The notes below the pieces were generated by a model, which was given only the letters and a program-made list of their open reading frames with translations, searched no databases and was not told where the DNA came from. Made by a program: the position numbers and the translations under genes. Below, piece after piece: positions 1-13,100 of a stretch of 64,000 nt of DNA. Source of the DNA: Amoebophrya sp. A120 (Eukaryota; Protista; Dinoflagellata); assembly GCA_905178155.1 (NCBI GenBank), contig CAJINV010000005.1:4443556-4507555 (forward strand), read 5' to 3'. Numbering within the stretch: the stretch's first letter is position 1; every line of letters starts with the position of its first letter.

Positions 1-2307
1 TACGAGGCATTCCAGCAGTACAGCAAGATGTCGGGGTGGAACTCAACGAAGCGGTTTGGCACGACGACGCGCAGCTTCGTGCAGTTGACGCGCGTGGCCT
101 TCATGGATACCCGCGTTCTGCACGACGTGGTCCGGCACGCCCTGGGCTGCTACCCGTCCTTGGGGTACATCTTTCTGTTCCACTTTTTTCTCTGCGGGTT
201 CGGTCTGTTGAATGTCATCCGAGCGTCCGTCGTCAGTTACGCCGGCGTAAAGACCGCCGTCGAGGAATTGGAAATGCGAAGCAGCCAGTTCGGAAACAAG
301 CCCACCGACGCTAACAGCGGACACTTGCAGAAACTGGCCGAAATTTACGATGTTTTCAAGTTTGTCGCGGAGAAGAAGCTAACGCGGTTTGCGCTCCATT
401 CAAGTGGTGGCACTTCTCTGGATGTGGACATGATCATTGACAGCAGTAGTTCATCTGAGGAACACCACTCGCTCTCGTCTTCAGCCTACGAAGCCCGTAT
501 AAGAAGTCGGAACAAACAGACGGAGGCTGCCCGGCGACTCAGACACAGCAGTAGCAGTCGCGTGCTTCAGGCCTCGCGGATAGTTACGTCGTCTGCAGGT
601 CGTGGCCCGGGCGCCTTTGCTCGGAGTAGATCCTCTCCTATCGGAGTGAAGGAAGTGGCAACTACTACGTCCTCTGGAGCAGCAGGAGCGTTCCAGGTCG
701 CTGCGAGGTTAGCGGCAATTCCAGAGGAAGCGCGTCGGGAGTACGAGAAAGGTGCTGCTCGGTGCATCGGTGTGCGGAATGTCGTATCGAAAGGAAAAAT
801 CCTCCCTCCCCATATCAAAACGGAATTTCTGATGCTGGATTTGCGTACACAAATCAGGTTTGTATTGCAGAGAGGCACTGCGGCCAGATCCCCAGGCTAG
901 GTAGGGGCGTACGGGTCTAGTTGTTCAGCATGGCAAGCGGCTCACTTTTAGGCCCAACAGCATGACAAAGCGCTTCCATAATGAAGCGGAAGCTTCTGCC
1001 ATCGTCTTCTCGCAGAGGGGGGATTTTTCCTTTTGATATGTCGTTCCCATGCCACCAGACGTGAAAATTCAGATATGGCTTGCTCAGATGTTACAATCTC
1101 AAACGTTACAATAGAATCTGAAATTTGTGTTGCATGAACAGCATGAATACCAAAGAGAGACTTGGGCTTTTCGCAATACAAATTTCGGCAGATCTCCATG
1201 CGGTTTGGAGTTCCGAAACTTGTCATGCGCGCTCCTGTGGGAGTAGGCCAGATGTTGTGCATTTTGCAACACAAATTCTAGATTCTGTTGTAACGTTTGA
1301 GATTGTAACACCTGAGCAGGTTATATCAAAATCGCTTTCATTCTACCATCGGAGATGCCCCCTCTTGTGCGCGTCCCCGCGCGCAGCTGTTTGTGCGAAG
1401 AAAGGAGTTTGTCAGCTTCTTGATCTCTCAAAGACTCTTGCCCATGGAGGAGAATTTCGTTGACCCGAATCGAAGTAAGGTCGATGAAGATACGTTAATT
1501 CTGCTGAATGCGCTGACCGCTGGTTTGGTCGATGTGGCCGAAAACGGATTAGTACGACAAGTGCATGGAAGAAAAAGTTCGATTGCAAAGCGGCGCGAAA
1601 ACCCACAGCAAAGTGAAAATGGTTCTTATCGATCCATGTTTTACAACAGCCGGGCGCAACAACAGGAGGAACAGAGTTGCTGCCACGTCCTGTTCCCCAG
1701 ACTTTGTCAGCTGATGGAAGACGAACTCAGGGCGGAGCTGGGAGAAACAAGCGAGCACGGCGGGCCGTTGTGTGTACAACACGTGTTCGCAGACGTGGAC
1801 GAGCTTTTTGGCGCTTTGCACAAGATGCTGCTAGCCGCAGATGGGACAAACCTGGGCCGAGCAGCGGCGCACACTGCAACGAGTGCCACCTCCGTGATAG
1901 CCAAGGCGGCCAGCAGCAAGGACATGAGCATTCTGTGCAAGGGTTTCCATGCGGCGGCGCACACCAAGCTGGAAACGGAGCTCAGTGCGGAGCTGCAGCA
2001 ATTTCAGGAGTATTTGAATAAGATCGAGTTGCTAGCCGCCCGTGTTAGCCACGGGGCGAACCGCATGTTTTCCGCGGACGGGCGAAAGCGCAAGCTCCCG
2101 TTTTGCATCGACCAGAAGCAGGGAGTCGAGAAGCTGCTGCGCGAGTCGAGGCCTAACGGAAGTGCCGACACAGGACGTAGTAAGAGCGGTGCTACGAAAA
2201 AGCTCTCGGCCTCGGCCGGCGCAAACAGTCCGAGCAGGCGTGCAGCGGCGAGGGAGATGAATTTGATTTCAAGTTGGAAACTTCCTAGGTTTCCAGAGGC
2301 CTGGTGA
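1..2307 (+). CDS. 3' part of an ion-transport (cation channel pore) domain protein, 5' end outside the window; interrupted by inverted-repeat elements at 785-1038 and ~1057-1344
   Basis: RFGTTTRSFVQLTRVAFMD...YIFLFHFFLCGFGLLNVI resembles a pore helix plus S6 of voltage-gated-type channels. Continues into ORF 1393-2307; the exact junction at the second element is unresolved. Confidence 0.55.
785..1038. mobile_element. introner/MITE-like element, TSD TGTCG
   Basis: TIR tatcgaaaggaaaaatcc / ggatttttccttttgata; TGTCG at 780-784 and 1039-1043. Confidence 0.85.
1057..1344. mobile_element. long-inverted-repeat element, boundaries approximate
   Basis: ~65-bp IR (gatatggcttgctcagatgttacaatctcaaacgttaca... 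vs ...tgtaacgtttgagattgtaacacctgagcaggttatatc); TSD not resolved. Confidence 0.65.
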
Positions 2308-2753
2308 GACCGTTGAACGTGAAAAGTTTTCCGTTGCATCTTCATCAAATGCGGAACCCGATGCTGACAAGTCTCCGAAGATGCGTTAGTACAGAGAAGA
2401 ACAACATGCGAGTATAGTATATCACTTCAAGGATTTTTTGCACGTAAAAGATGGAAGTAAGATGAAAAATTTACTGGTAAGCTTTCACTTGAAATAATAA
2501 TGATACGACTTTATTCCCTTTTGCATGCAGCACAGAATTCGTAACGTTTTGCTTATTGTACAATTTCTGACGCTTCCGTACATACACTTTTATAACGATA
2601 CACATTGGCGTACGATTGTTTCTCCTTGTACGAAGATGGTAGATTATAATTTTGTCGCTTCTGGTGTTCAGGAAAAAGTCGGTTTGTCACATGCGGTGCT
2701 GCCACTGGCCGTGGATAGAGTTGCAATAATGGCGTTTCTCGGTTCTTAACTTA

Positions 2754-2964
2754 TATCACAGGAAAAAAGTGTTACAGTTACACATTGTCATGCAAGACTG
2801 GCAACAGAGACAACCTTTCTCATGCAGGAAATGCTTCGGAGCTTCGTTTCCTTCCTGTTTTCCCTTGTGATCTTCGCATTACAAGTTTTCTCTACCACAC
2901 AGAGAAAATTTGTGATGCAGAAACTCCAACAGGTGTGTAACTGTAACACTTTTTTCTCGGGATA
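2754..2964. mobile_element. introner/MITE-like element in non-coding DNA, TSD ACTTA
   Basis: TIR tatcacaggaaaaaagtgttacagttacaca / tgtgtaactgtaacacttttttctcgggata; ACTTA at 2749-2753 and 2965-2969. Confidence 0.9.
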
Positions 2965-3786
2965 ACTTATTGCCTTCAATTAATGATACGAGTCGTCTGT
3001 CTCTGTACATCGTGCAAAGAAAAAAATTTAAGAAAAGCTGACGTCGGTCGTGCGATTCATTCGTTCGAGTATCAAATATCGGCCTAGCGCTTCGTTTCCG
3101 ATGATTTTCAACGATTCTACGCTTTTTCGGTGCCCGTGCCTCCCTCGTACTGCGGAAAAAAAGACGTGTTTTCGTTACTAGCATTAAACGAGCTGAAAAC
3201 TTTCACTGCGGTGCGGAGACGCGCAGGACTGGTGCTCGAAATCACTTGCGGAATTTCCATCGATCGCGGAGGCGATGGAGGTGCACACACAACCAAGCGG
3301 TCGCGGTGAGGACTACGCCAAGGACGGACAAGTCTGGCGGTTTGGCGACACTGCTGAACGACACGGAGCGACCGAGTTTGTGCCGCGCGAGCACATATCG
3401 CATGACAATCAAGGGCGACGCCTCATAGTCATCTCCAGCGCTGCTCCCTAATCCGAGCCTACTAGTCCATAGAGCAAAAGAATGACTATTAGAACTTCAT
3501 CGTAGTTGTAGGAGCCTACCTATCGGCTTCATCACTTCTTCCAGGACCCCCCAGTTTGGATAGATCAATCGTATTAATTTCTACCGAGCTGATTAAAATG
3601 CGGTTTTTTTCTACTTGTTCCTCGAGTTTCAGTTTCGACGACGATTACAACTGCATCATGCCGCCCTCCATGTCCCTTCTAAAATAATGCGGTGAATATT
3701 TTTCTTCATTTTCTAATTTCTATTTCTATCTTTACAACTGGAATCATCTAAAAGAACAACCAAGTCCTGCAATTATTATCACAAAA

Positions 3787-6332
3787 ATGTCGTGTGAGTG
3801 TAGCTCGGCGTTTCTGCTGGGGTTCCCCGAACCCGTGGTGGAGAGCGATCGGCAGATTTTGTTTGCCGTGTACCTGCTGATGCTTTCGACGTTCATGTAC
3901 GGCTTCTCTTATTGGCTGGTGGAGGCGACGGCGGTCATCAAGCTGACGGACGAATTTGGGGGGAACGCCGAAGACTTCGGGTGGCTCCAGGCGGTGTTTG
4001 GCGTGACGCAGATTATCGCCTCCCTGGTGTTTATCGTATAGAAAAAACTGTTTCCCTGTAAACAAGATTTTGCAAGTTTTGCATTACAAGTTTGCTACAC
4101 ATTACAAAGAAAACTTGCCATGCGAGGATCCTAAGGGAAAACACCGCGAAAAATCACTTGTCTTGCATGTGTAGCAAGACAAACACTTCAGTGATGCATT
4201 TTCTGCATCACAAGTTCACAGTGAAACAGTTTTTTCTTGCGATAGTGTTCGGGCACCTGGTGGACCGGATCGGGCCGAAGATCATCCTGATCGTGGCTTT
4301 CACGTTTGGCAACGCGAGTTTCAACCTTGCCTTTGTGCTGGCGCAGAACATGATCGGGCTGTATGTGGCCCGCATCCCGGGGCTGTTCATGTCGGCCATG
4401 CTGGTCACGTCCGCGATGATCGCGAAAATCCACGCCCAGGCCTGCCTGAACTACAAGGCGGCGAACAAAATCCGCGCCCTGCGCCGGGGAGAGGACCCCG
4501 AGGACGAGCAGCTGACGGTGATTGACGCCATGCGGAGTGTCGTCGTCGCGCTGTCTCGCGTCTACATCATGTACAACCTGGGCCGCGTGGTGGGCGCGTT
4601 TCTCGGCGGCTACGTGACGGAGAAGGCCGGCGTGCGCACGCCTTTCTGGATCGGGTTCGGGCTTTCGATCGCCATGGCGATTATTCTGCTCGCGTTTCTC
4701 CCGACGGTCTCGGAACTGCAGGAAGGTTCCCAAACGGAGATCGTCGCGCTCGGGCGGAAAAGTGCGGAGCAGATGTCCGCGGAGACGCAGGGCGCGCTCG
4801 CAGTGCCTCCGTTGGCCGGAGGAGGGCTAGGCGCCGTCGAGCGGTCGCGCTCGCCCGTCGTGCAGCGCACGCAGTCCATCGAGGGGGTGGTACGGCAGCA
4901 CTCGGGGCACGCCAGTGTCGTGGCGACCACGGGACTCGGAGGTGCCACGACGACCCGAAGTACCCCCCGCCGGGACCACGAGGAAACCGACTTGCTGGAG
5001 CGTTCTGCGGAGGAGCAGGCGGGCGTGCAGACAGAGCAGGAGCAGCCGCAGAGCTTCTACGAGCTGTTTCTCACGAATCCGGTGCTGCGTGGCATCTTCC
5101 TGGTGGAGCTGGCGTTTTCCTTCGGGAAGCTGATGTTTTTTACCAGTCAGCAGAACATCACGGACAAGGTGCTGGGCTTCAAGTCGAGCGAACAGGGGGT
5201 GTTCATCGCTGCAAACGCCGCCGCAGTCATCGTCGCCAATGCGATCTTGCTCTACCCGTTCACGCTCTGTTTCAGTAACGACAAGTGGATCTTTCTCCTC
5301 AACGCATCGCTGGCGCTGGGTTTGTTCGTCTTTTACGGCGAGGTGCAGACTATAGCGGAGCAGGCGAACATCACCACGCAGGCGAGCAAGCTGGCCTTCT
5401 ACATCACGATCTCGAGCATTTTGGGGATGTTTCTGTCGGTCGGCGAAACCGTACTGGTGACCATGATGTCCCTATGGAGAGAAAAAAGTTTGTCACAGTC
5501 ACTGTCTTGGGGGTTTTGCATTACAAATTTTTTTAGCATCACAACTTTTCTTTGCATTGCAGAAACACTAAGGGAAATCCCTTATGAAAAAGGCTCTGAT
5601 GCATTTTTACGCATGACAGGCATTTTTTGTATTGCAAAAATACTCATGAGTGGTCGTGACGAACTTTTTTCTTCTGATAGTCCCTGTCCGTCAGCACGGT
5701 GAACAAGGGCAACGCCATCGCCATGACCCACGTGGTGTACGTATTACAGTGAAAAATGCCCCCACCCCCAAAGTTGCAAAAATTTTTGATGCGAAGTTCC
5801 CAAATGAAACTTTTTTGTCATGCATGAAAGGAGTATGAATCTTTCTGATGCAGAGTCTCGGCGTGTATCGCATCGCTTGCATGAGAAGCACCGCTCTTGC
5901 TGGGGTCTCTTGCAATACAAATTTTTGCTCTTCACGGTTGGAAATCTGTGATGCAGATAGATGCAGGATGGCGAATGTTTCAGTTGGAAAGGTTTGCAAT
6001 ACAAATGCTCCCAAGTTCGGGGGTGGGGGCACTTTTCATTGTGATAGTACGGCGTTGCAGAGATCTTGGCGCCGATTCTCGCCGGCGTCTTGGTAGAGCG
6101 GACCACGAACAAAATGTTGTCGGTCGGCCTCGCAGGTGCTGGATTTATGGCCCTCGCGTTCTTGATGGGCACAGTGCTGGTGCCGAAGATCGAACGGGAC
6201 AAGGCCGAGGTAAATCTCTCGGTGCAGCTCGATGACGGAGTCAACTACAATGACGAGTCGGGCGACGTCGCCAGCAAGGGCGAAAATAAGAGTCTCAAGG
6301 ATAAGGCTCCAGTAAGTACCGACCTGTCATGA
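3787..6332 (+). CDS. Major facilitator superfamily transporter (exons 3787-4031, 4250-5472, 5685-5741, 6052-6332)
   Basis: Removing three elements plus one TSD each gives one continuous frame with MFS motif A (VFGHLVDRIGPK) and many hydrophobic helices. Confidence 0.88.
4032..4244. mobile_element. introner element, TSD GTGTT
   Basis: TIR tatcgtatagaaaaaactgtttccctgtaaac / gttcacagtgaaacagttttttcttgcgata; excision restores SLVF|GHLVDR. Confidence 0.92.
5473..5679. mobile_element. introner element, TSD GTCCC
   Basis: TIR tatggagagaaaaaagtttgtcac / gtgacgaacttttttcttctgata; excision restores MMSL|SVSTVNKG. Confidence 0.92.
5742..6046. mobile_element. introner element, TSD GTACG
   Basis: TIR tattacagtgaaaaatgcccccacccc / ggggtgggggcacttttcattgtgata; excision restores VVYG|VAEILAP. 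Confidence 0.92.
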
Positions 6333-6719
6333 ATAAATCTTGACCAGTCACTGTTGGTTCGTGTCCCTGATTGTTAGTTTAGTTGGCGGAGAGCAGATTT
6401 ATATATTCTGTAATCACACCGCCACCTGATGCTTATCGTTATCTCACTTCCCTGTTTGTCACTGTTGACCCACCAGGTACAAACAGGGCATGTCTTTTTA
6501 GACCGAATGCTGTAACGGAGGGTGCGCTTCCTGTTTAGGGATGCATACACTCATCCCTCGACATCGACATTCTGGCTTGTATTGTAATTGCACCATTTGG
6601 TAGTTTCAGTTGTAAAATTAAAGCTTTCATTCTCAGTTTTCATGTAGTTGGTAAAAATTTCCCATTCCCACTCTACGTACTAGTAACCGCTTTTTTTCTT
6701 AAAATTGATTGACCATTCA

Positions 6720-7697
6720 TATGGGGGCGTCAAACTTGTATTTGCCTCAGACCGTAAAAAAATTTCTGCGCGCATTTTTTCGCGGCGGGAAGCTAGTAAA
6801 CCTGTGCCCGCAAGTGAGGGGCTGACTCGAGCGCGGTTTGTTTTAGCTAGCTTGTCAGCAGCAGTGCTCTAGTAGGTAAGTGAGTATTGACGCGGAGGAG
6901 GGCGGGGCACAGAGGGTTCTTTTGTGGCTGGCGTTTTCACTTAGAAAGCGCCGGGCGCGCGCAATATTTTGCTCCATTTTCCGGATTGCTTTCTCCGTGC
7001 AGCCATTTGCCGCTATGGCCTGGGTTAGGGTGTGAGGCTGCAGACGCCCCACGAGATGTCTACACAGGCCTTGGCGTCGTCGTCTCTAGCGGGCACCACA
7101 CGCATATGTTGGCCGCGAAGGCCTTTCCGGAGGCCCCCCAAAGAGGGAGGGCCGGAGGGGTGCCCGGAACCCTAAAAAAAAGGCTATCGCTTTTTCTTCG
7201 AATCACGATGGTGCTACCCCTCCCCAAAAGGGGTCCCGGAACCCCTCCGGGAAGCCTTTCCGAAAGGCTCTCGGGCTTTTCGCATTTTCAAGAACGAGCC
7301 GCAAAGGCAAAAGGCGCGCGCGCCTGCCGGAAAAAGCGCGCACGGCTGCGCGACATTAGAAACAAGCGGAAACGCAGCCGCGGCCGGTTGCGTTTGCGCC
7401 CTTGGCCCCGACCGACCTGCACAGATTGAGGCCCATTGTCTAGCGGCTGGACTGCAGGAGGACCTGCTGCAGCACCTCCAGGCTGCAGGGGCGCTCCGAG
7501 GCAAGTCCGTGGAGCAGCAGCGCCGGATAGCTCCGACTTTAGCCACCGAGAAGTGCTGCGAAGAAGCTAGCTAGTTCATTCGGTATGCAATGTAGCGAGA
7601 GGCTATATGCGTGCAACATGATGGATATCAAATACAAAAAAAGGCGCGCGGAAAATTTTTTACAGCTTGAGGCAAATACAACGTTGACGACCCCATA
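6720..7697. mobile_element. 978-bp non-autonomous TIR element, intergenic, TSD ATTCA
   Basis: ~55-bp TIR tatgggggcgtcaaacttgtatttgcctca... / ...tgaggcaaatacaacgttgacgaccccata; ATTCA at 6715-6719 and 7698-7702. Confidence 0.88.
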
Positions 7698-8100
7698 ATT
7701 CATGTATTGGCCTTCGGGTTCTCGAGCTCAATTGTACTTCTTGACCGTTTATTCTTCGAACGCTACTGGGACTATTTCCATTTCCATTTCCGCTACTGGG
7801 ACGAAAGAAAAGACTTGCGTGCTGAGCCGCTTTTTGTGTTCGAAACCTCGATGTGTGTTCGTGCTTTTTTGGAACAAACGGGGCACTAACACAAGCTAAG
7901 CAAACTACGTAAATGCGGAAAAATGCTTCAAAATTACCTGAACTCGCGATTTCTTGATCGGTTGGTGACTATGATTTCTGCTGCGGCACTAATCACGAAG
8001 CCGGGCTGCTGCAAAAAGGAACTACGTGGTTCCTCGTCTGTCGATACTTTTTTGTCTTGCCGAAGAATTATATCATCATCGCATGCATGCACACGACGTA

Positions 8101-9735
8101 ATGCCAGGTTTAGAAAGTACCACTACAAGATCATGGACTGCAGCTGAGCTATCCGAGTTGGACGGGGAGAGCGGGTTGCAACTTGGCGTGGGGTTGCTAG
8201 GCAAAGTGTACGATGTTTCCTGCCGCCCAGATTTGTACGGGTTCGGTGGGGGCTACCATCGGTTTGCGGGAAAGGTGTGTACGCGTAGTTTTGCGCTCAC
8301 CGCCCTCGACCTGGAGCACATCGGTAGGAGCGACTTAGTCGACCTGAAGAGGGAGAACTTCGTCGCGCTGCGGGAGTGGGAAGCCTTGTTCGAGCGCAAA
8401 TATGACCGACTGGGCGTGCTCTCGGAGGAAGAGCCCGACGCGAGGAGTGTGCAGAACCTGGAGGAGCTGGAAAGAAGGCACGGAATAGACACGACAAAGA
8501 CCACCGGGAATAAAAAAGGAGCGGAAAACATCAAGCAGGTGGTGGACGCGGCGGGTCATAATCTTCTGGTTCCTGCTGTAGTCCACAAGGAAGAAGATGG
8601 GATTATGGCTCGCAATCTACTCACGAGCAGATGTGACGAGCACCTCGATGCCGATGGACGTGTGGAAGCAGGTGCAACAACGCCTGTTGCCACCTCTTCT
8701 CAGGTGCTGTCCAGCACCGGACCGGCCGCTTATTTGTTCACAGATTTTCTCTCGCAGTCGGAATGCGAGGTCCTGCGCAAACTAATTCTGAAATCGTATG
8801 AAGGCCGGACCTTCAGTACGAAGTTGCGAACGGGCTTGGCCCCCGAAAGCTACCCGGTCGGGTCCGAGGCGAGGGAGGTGCTCGAGCGCCTAGAAAATGG
8901 GCTGGGAGAGCTTTTAAACTGCCCGCGCCACCCGGGGGAGGACCCGCTAATGGCCATGGTGACCCCGCCGCAACAAGCCATGGGTAGCTCGCAGGAGCAG
9001 CAAGAGGAGCCGAAGTCAGTGTTCCACCTGGGGATCCATTTGGATGCCAACCGGCGCCCGTTCCGGTATGCGACAGCGATCATTTATCTGAGTGATTTAC
9101 CCAGAAATGGGGGCGGGGAGACCGTTTTTCTGCCGAAAACGGAAGATACGGCGCTGTTGCACAGGCATGGGGTCTTGCACACCGACCTCGTTGACGAGGA
9201 GAGGGAGCGGCTTTTAGAGAACCTGCCGAACGAGTTGCGCAGCGTCGATAAGCTGTTCGGAGAGATCGGGCTTCGGAAACTATTGGAGGACGTACTGCAT
9301 ATGCCGCAGCTGACGGCGGCAGCGAGAGCTGTCTACCCGGAAATTGTCGCAGCGAAGGGCCGGCTCCTGCAAGCTGCGGCCTCAGAGAAGAGGCCAGGAG
9401 ATGTAGAGAGGGATCCAGTTTCGGCTGCCACGGGGCCGCGTACTACGTCTTTGTTGAAAGTGCGGCCGCGCGAGGGACAAATGCTAGTTTTCTTCACGCG
9501 CACACCTGATCTGACACTGTGCACCGGGAGTTATCACGGAGGTGCCCGGGTTTCAAACGGGTTCAAATTTACTTTGCAAAAATTCAAGGAGCTCCCTCGC
9601 AATGACCCCGCCGTTGCGTTTGCAACACTAAAGCAGGATTGGTCCGCGTTAATCGCGGGCGCTCTCGGTAATTGCGAAGCAAGAGTGGCTGCTGAAAGAA
9701 GCAATGATTCGTCTTCATCTGGGCTGATATTTTGA
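8101..9735 (+). CDS. Cytochrome b5-like heme/steroid-binding (MAPR) domain fused to a prolyl-4-hydroxylase-like 2OG-Fe(II) oxygenase; start codon uncertain
   Basis: WTAAELSELDG..LLGKVYDVS..YGFGGGYHRFAGK (MAPR-like); HLD...ATAIIYLSD..GGGETVF...YHGGARV...KFTLQK (HxD...H...K of the P4H type). Confidence 0.8.
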   Translation: MPGLESTTTRSWTAAELSELDGESGLQLGVGLLGKVYDVSCRPDLYGFGGGYHRFAGKVCTRSFALTALDLEHIGRSDLVDLKRENFVALREWEALFERKYDRLGVLSEEEPDARSVQNLEELERRHGIDTTKTTGNKKGAENIKQVVDAAGHNLLVPAVVHKEEDGIMARNLLTSRCDEHLDADGRVEAGATTPVATSSQVLSSTGPAAYLFTDFLSQSECEVLRKLILKSYEGRTFSTKLRTGLAPESYPVGSEAREVLERLENGLGELLNCPRHPGEDPLMAMVTPPQQAMGSSQEQQEEPKSVFHLGIHLDANRRPFRYATAIIYLSDLPRNGGGETVFLPKTEDTALLHRHGVLHTDLVDEERERLLENLPNELRSVDKLFGEIGLRKLLEDVLHMPQLTAAARAVYPEIVAAKGRLLQAAASEKRPGDVERDPVSAATGPRTTSLLKVRPREGQMLVFFTRTPDLTLCTGSYHGGARVSNGFKFTLQKFKELPRNDPAVAFATLKQDWSALIAGALGNCEARVAAERSNDSSSSGLIF

Positions 9736-10160
9736 GTGCAACAAGAGGCTGGGACGAAATTGCCTCTCTCTATAGTAAGTTTTTGGGTGTTCGTGTTGTG
9801 GTTCATATGTAGTTGTGCGATGCGTTTTTCTTTTTTGATTCCTAGGAAAGAGGAGGTCTTTCCTTTTCAGGACGTCCCCTGCTGGAGCGACGTGTTTTGA
9901 CATGCCACTTCAACGATGGTGATGCCACTGAATACAACTTGATGGCGATGAGCGACCAAAAGAGGGGCAGGCCGATGCGAGGAAGAATTGTTTAAAGCAC
10001 TTACGACGGGGGCCTTTCTCGTGTTGTAGACTCTATGTTGAGCAGTTGTCTACGAACGCATTCTCTTCTTTGCGGAGCGTTCAAGTTTGTTTCCCTGTGG
10101 TGCTGCTCACTCAAAAATCCTGGGGCGGCATATAAGTATTAAGTTCGGTTTCCTTGTTCC

Positions 10161-13100
10161 ATGATGGCGATGCCAGTGGGTGGCAGCAGAAAGCAGGCAG
10201 CGCGGAGCGAAATAGTGGATCTTGTGATCCAGTCGTACGCGCCTTGCACGTTTCTAACGGACGGGCAAGACGGCCATCTATTGTTTCCTTCGGCAAAGGG
10301 GGCTGCAGCGTCTGACCAGCACGAGAATTTGCCAACCCTCTTGACCCACGCCGGCTCCGCCGCGGATGACTCACTAGAACTTCCCGGAAACTACACCAGA
10401 GCCCACGCAGACAATCATGCGAGGACTGCAGTCGATACTACGGGTACAACTATTAAGCGGAACGATGAGGTGGATTTTGGCCACGACGGGGGACACAGAA
10501 CTTGGGAAGAACCGCACGGAACAACCGCGAGTAAAAGTGGAGGTTGTACTGTTGTGCCTTCAGGCGGCCCCTCGCGCTTCATCGACTACTTGCGCATCGA
10601 GGAACTGCAGCGGGATTTCGCTTTTTTTTCGGAGCAGAGCGTCGAGAACCACGGCGTTTCTGCCGCACAGTTTCTGCTCATTATGAAGCGCCACATATTA
10701 CAGCAGCAAAGCTTAGGGCCCCCGCTTCCCATGATCTCCAATTCGGGCACCGCAAGCGGAGCAGCAGGTGTCCCGCCATCTGCGAAAAAATTACCGCGGG
10801 GTTCTTGGTCCGGCGGCACCACGCTGGTGGATTATACAGGTAAGACCTACATGATGCGAAAGTCGCTTTCATCCCGATTGCAGAACCAGGCGGTGGACAG
10901 TTTTGACGCGTCCCTGCTGCCTGATGAAGTGCTGTTTCCCGAACTGCTGGAGATGTTTCGCCTTGCCTGCGATGGCCGCGACATCTACCACGAATGTCTC
11001 TCGTGGGACGAGTTTCTAGACTTCCTCGTCGAGCACGGAGGCAGCTGCAATGTTGCGTCGGGATCAACATCTTCCTCTGGTACAGCAACGGCCAGTGAGG
11101 CCCCTCTTGCCGCTAGCTCGTCCTCCGAGGCGCGTGCTAGCGATTCTCTCTCCACCATCCGGGTGCACTTTCAGCCGTCACGGCTCATGGAGCAGGCGCA
11201 GAACTGCTCCGCGCCCGCCATGCCGTTGCAGGGGACGAAAAACAACCTAGGGGCTCCTGTGCCGGAGAATCTTCACGAAATCACGCAGGTGTGCTGGTTT
11301 CCTCCCCTGCAGCTTCTGTTTTACCAAGACCGAAAAGACCGCACGCTACTTCACTTCTGCGCTCCCGAGGACCTCTTCGCGCGAGGCAAGTTCGACGGAG
11401 GTAGTACAACAACCACTTCAGGGGCGTCGTTCGAAAAGCAGCAGGTGAAAGCGAAAGTAGACACGAATAACAACCTCGGACGCGGTAGCTTCGCGGTGCG
11501 CACGGTGCAGCAAATAACTGGAGGGGCCGGCGGCGCTGCGAGGAAAAAGACCGTGGTGGAGCGGATTGCCACGGCAAGCGAGCGCCGAGGGATTCACACC
11601 AAGAGGTACTTGAGTTGCGCGGCTGCAGCCGGGGGGTCTGCCTCCTCGGCCTCGCAGTCCGGGGAGGAGCAGCAGCAGACAAGTGCACGCGGCATTGTGC
11701 TTGCGTACAAGCCCTTCGTGCTAGAGCGGCGTCCGTACATCGCGGTGTCCAATGCGGATGGCAGTATTGTTTTCTTCGACGGGATTACACTCTCTGCCAT
11801 AAACAAGGCTGTAATTCGCGTCGGCACGTACGTCGCACCAGCGGACGCCACGGAATCATCATCCGCCGATCGAACTAGGTGGATTCACGAGCAGGAGCAC
11901 TCTCCGACGCCCGGAATGCTCCTCGAGTACTGCCCGAAATCCCAATTTTTGTTTGTCGTTTGCGCGACTTCTGGCACGATAGAACACGGAACCACGGAAA
12001 TGAACTACGCCAGCGCAACCTCCCCGGGAAAAGGAAAAGTGACGAGCGGTGGCGCCGCGTTCGCGAGTAGCCCCCGGGGCGGTGGGCATTCCCTCCATGC
12101 GCGCAGCTGCGCGGCTTCTTCTGAGGACGAGATCAAGGTTTACGATGTGGCGAAAACGGTTCTGGACTACCAGCACCCTGACCAGCTTTACGCCGCCTCG
12201 GGTGCGTTGCTGGAAAGCGCGTTCACGAAGCCGGAATACGTGATCAGCCTCGGCGGGGGTGGGAAAAGGAACAGGGGGAACAACTTGTTCGGTCACAGTT
12301 CGCCATCGGGCACGAGATCGTACCGTAATTTTATTCACGGTTCGTCGTCCTCGCGGCAACCACATGCTGGAGGGCCGCAACCACATGGAGCGAGAAAGAT
12401 CACCTGCATGCGGCTGCTGCAAAACCTATCCAATTCCTCGTCGACCCCCGCGGCATCGTCCGCCACCAGCGCGACCTTTGAGCCTTCCGACCAAGCGAAC
12501 TCCCCCACACGAACCTCCTTGGAAGAAGCGCTTCCAGCTGCGTCGACCGGTAACGATATTGCTTGCGGGTTTATGGATGGCACGGTGGCGATTTTTGACA
12601 CGCAGAACGGAACTCTGAAGCGGCAACTCGCGGGCGACACCAGCCACCACTTCGCGGTGTCCTGCCTGGCCTACTCCGAAGCGGCGAAGAAGTTGGTGTC
12701 CGGTGGCTTCGACAATCGGTTGCTGGTGTGGAACCCGTTTACGGGGAATGGGCGTCTGGTCGAGAAGAACCAGCACTCCGCTGCCCTCGTTGGCGTGGAG
12801 TTCCTGGGCCGCGGAGGGAGCGCGACATCTGGGAGCACGTCCGGAGGTGGAGGCCGTGGATCCCATCCCCACCAGACGGGAGGTGCAGGTCCGGTGAACA
12901 AGCGCATGGCAACATCGCGACACAACTTCTTCGTATCGGCGGACGAAGCTGGGGTCTGCAAGGTTTTCGACGTCTTCCAGCTGACCTGCGTACAAAGCTT
13001 CAGTGCCGTTGCGACAATCGCATCTGCGAACCCCAGTGCTGGAGGGAGCCGGAAAATTATCAGCACGATGTGCTTCGTACCGGAGTGCGCCCGTATCGTC

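Noticed and set aside
6887-7429. Possible transposase ORF within the 978-bp element
   Set aside because: Low-complexity sequence, no ATG start and no DDE or other catalytic motif
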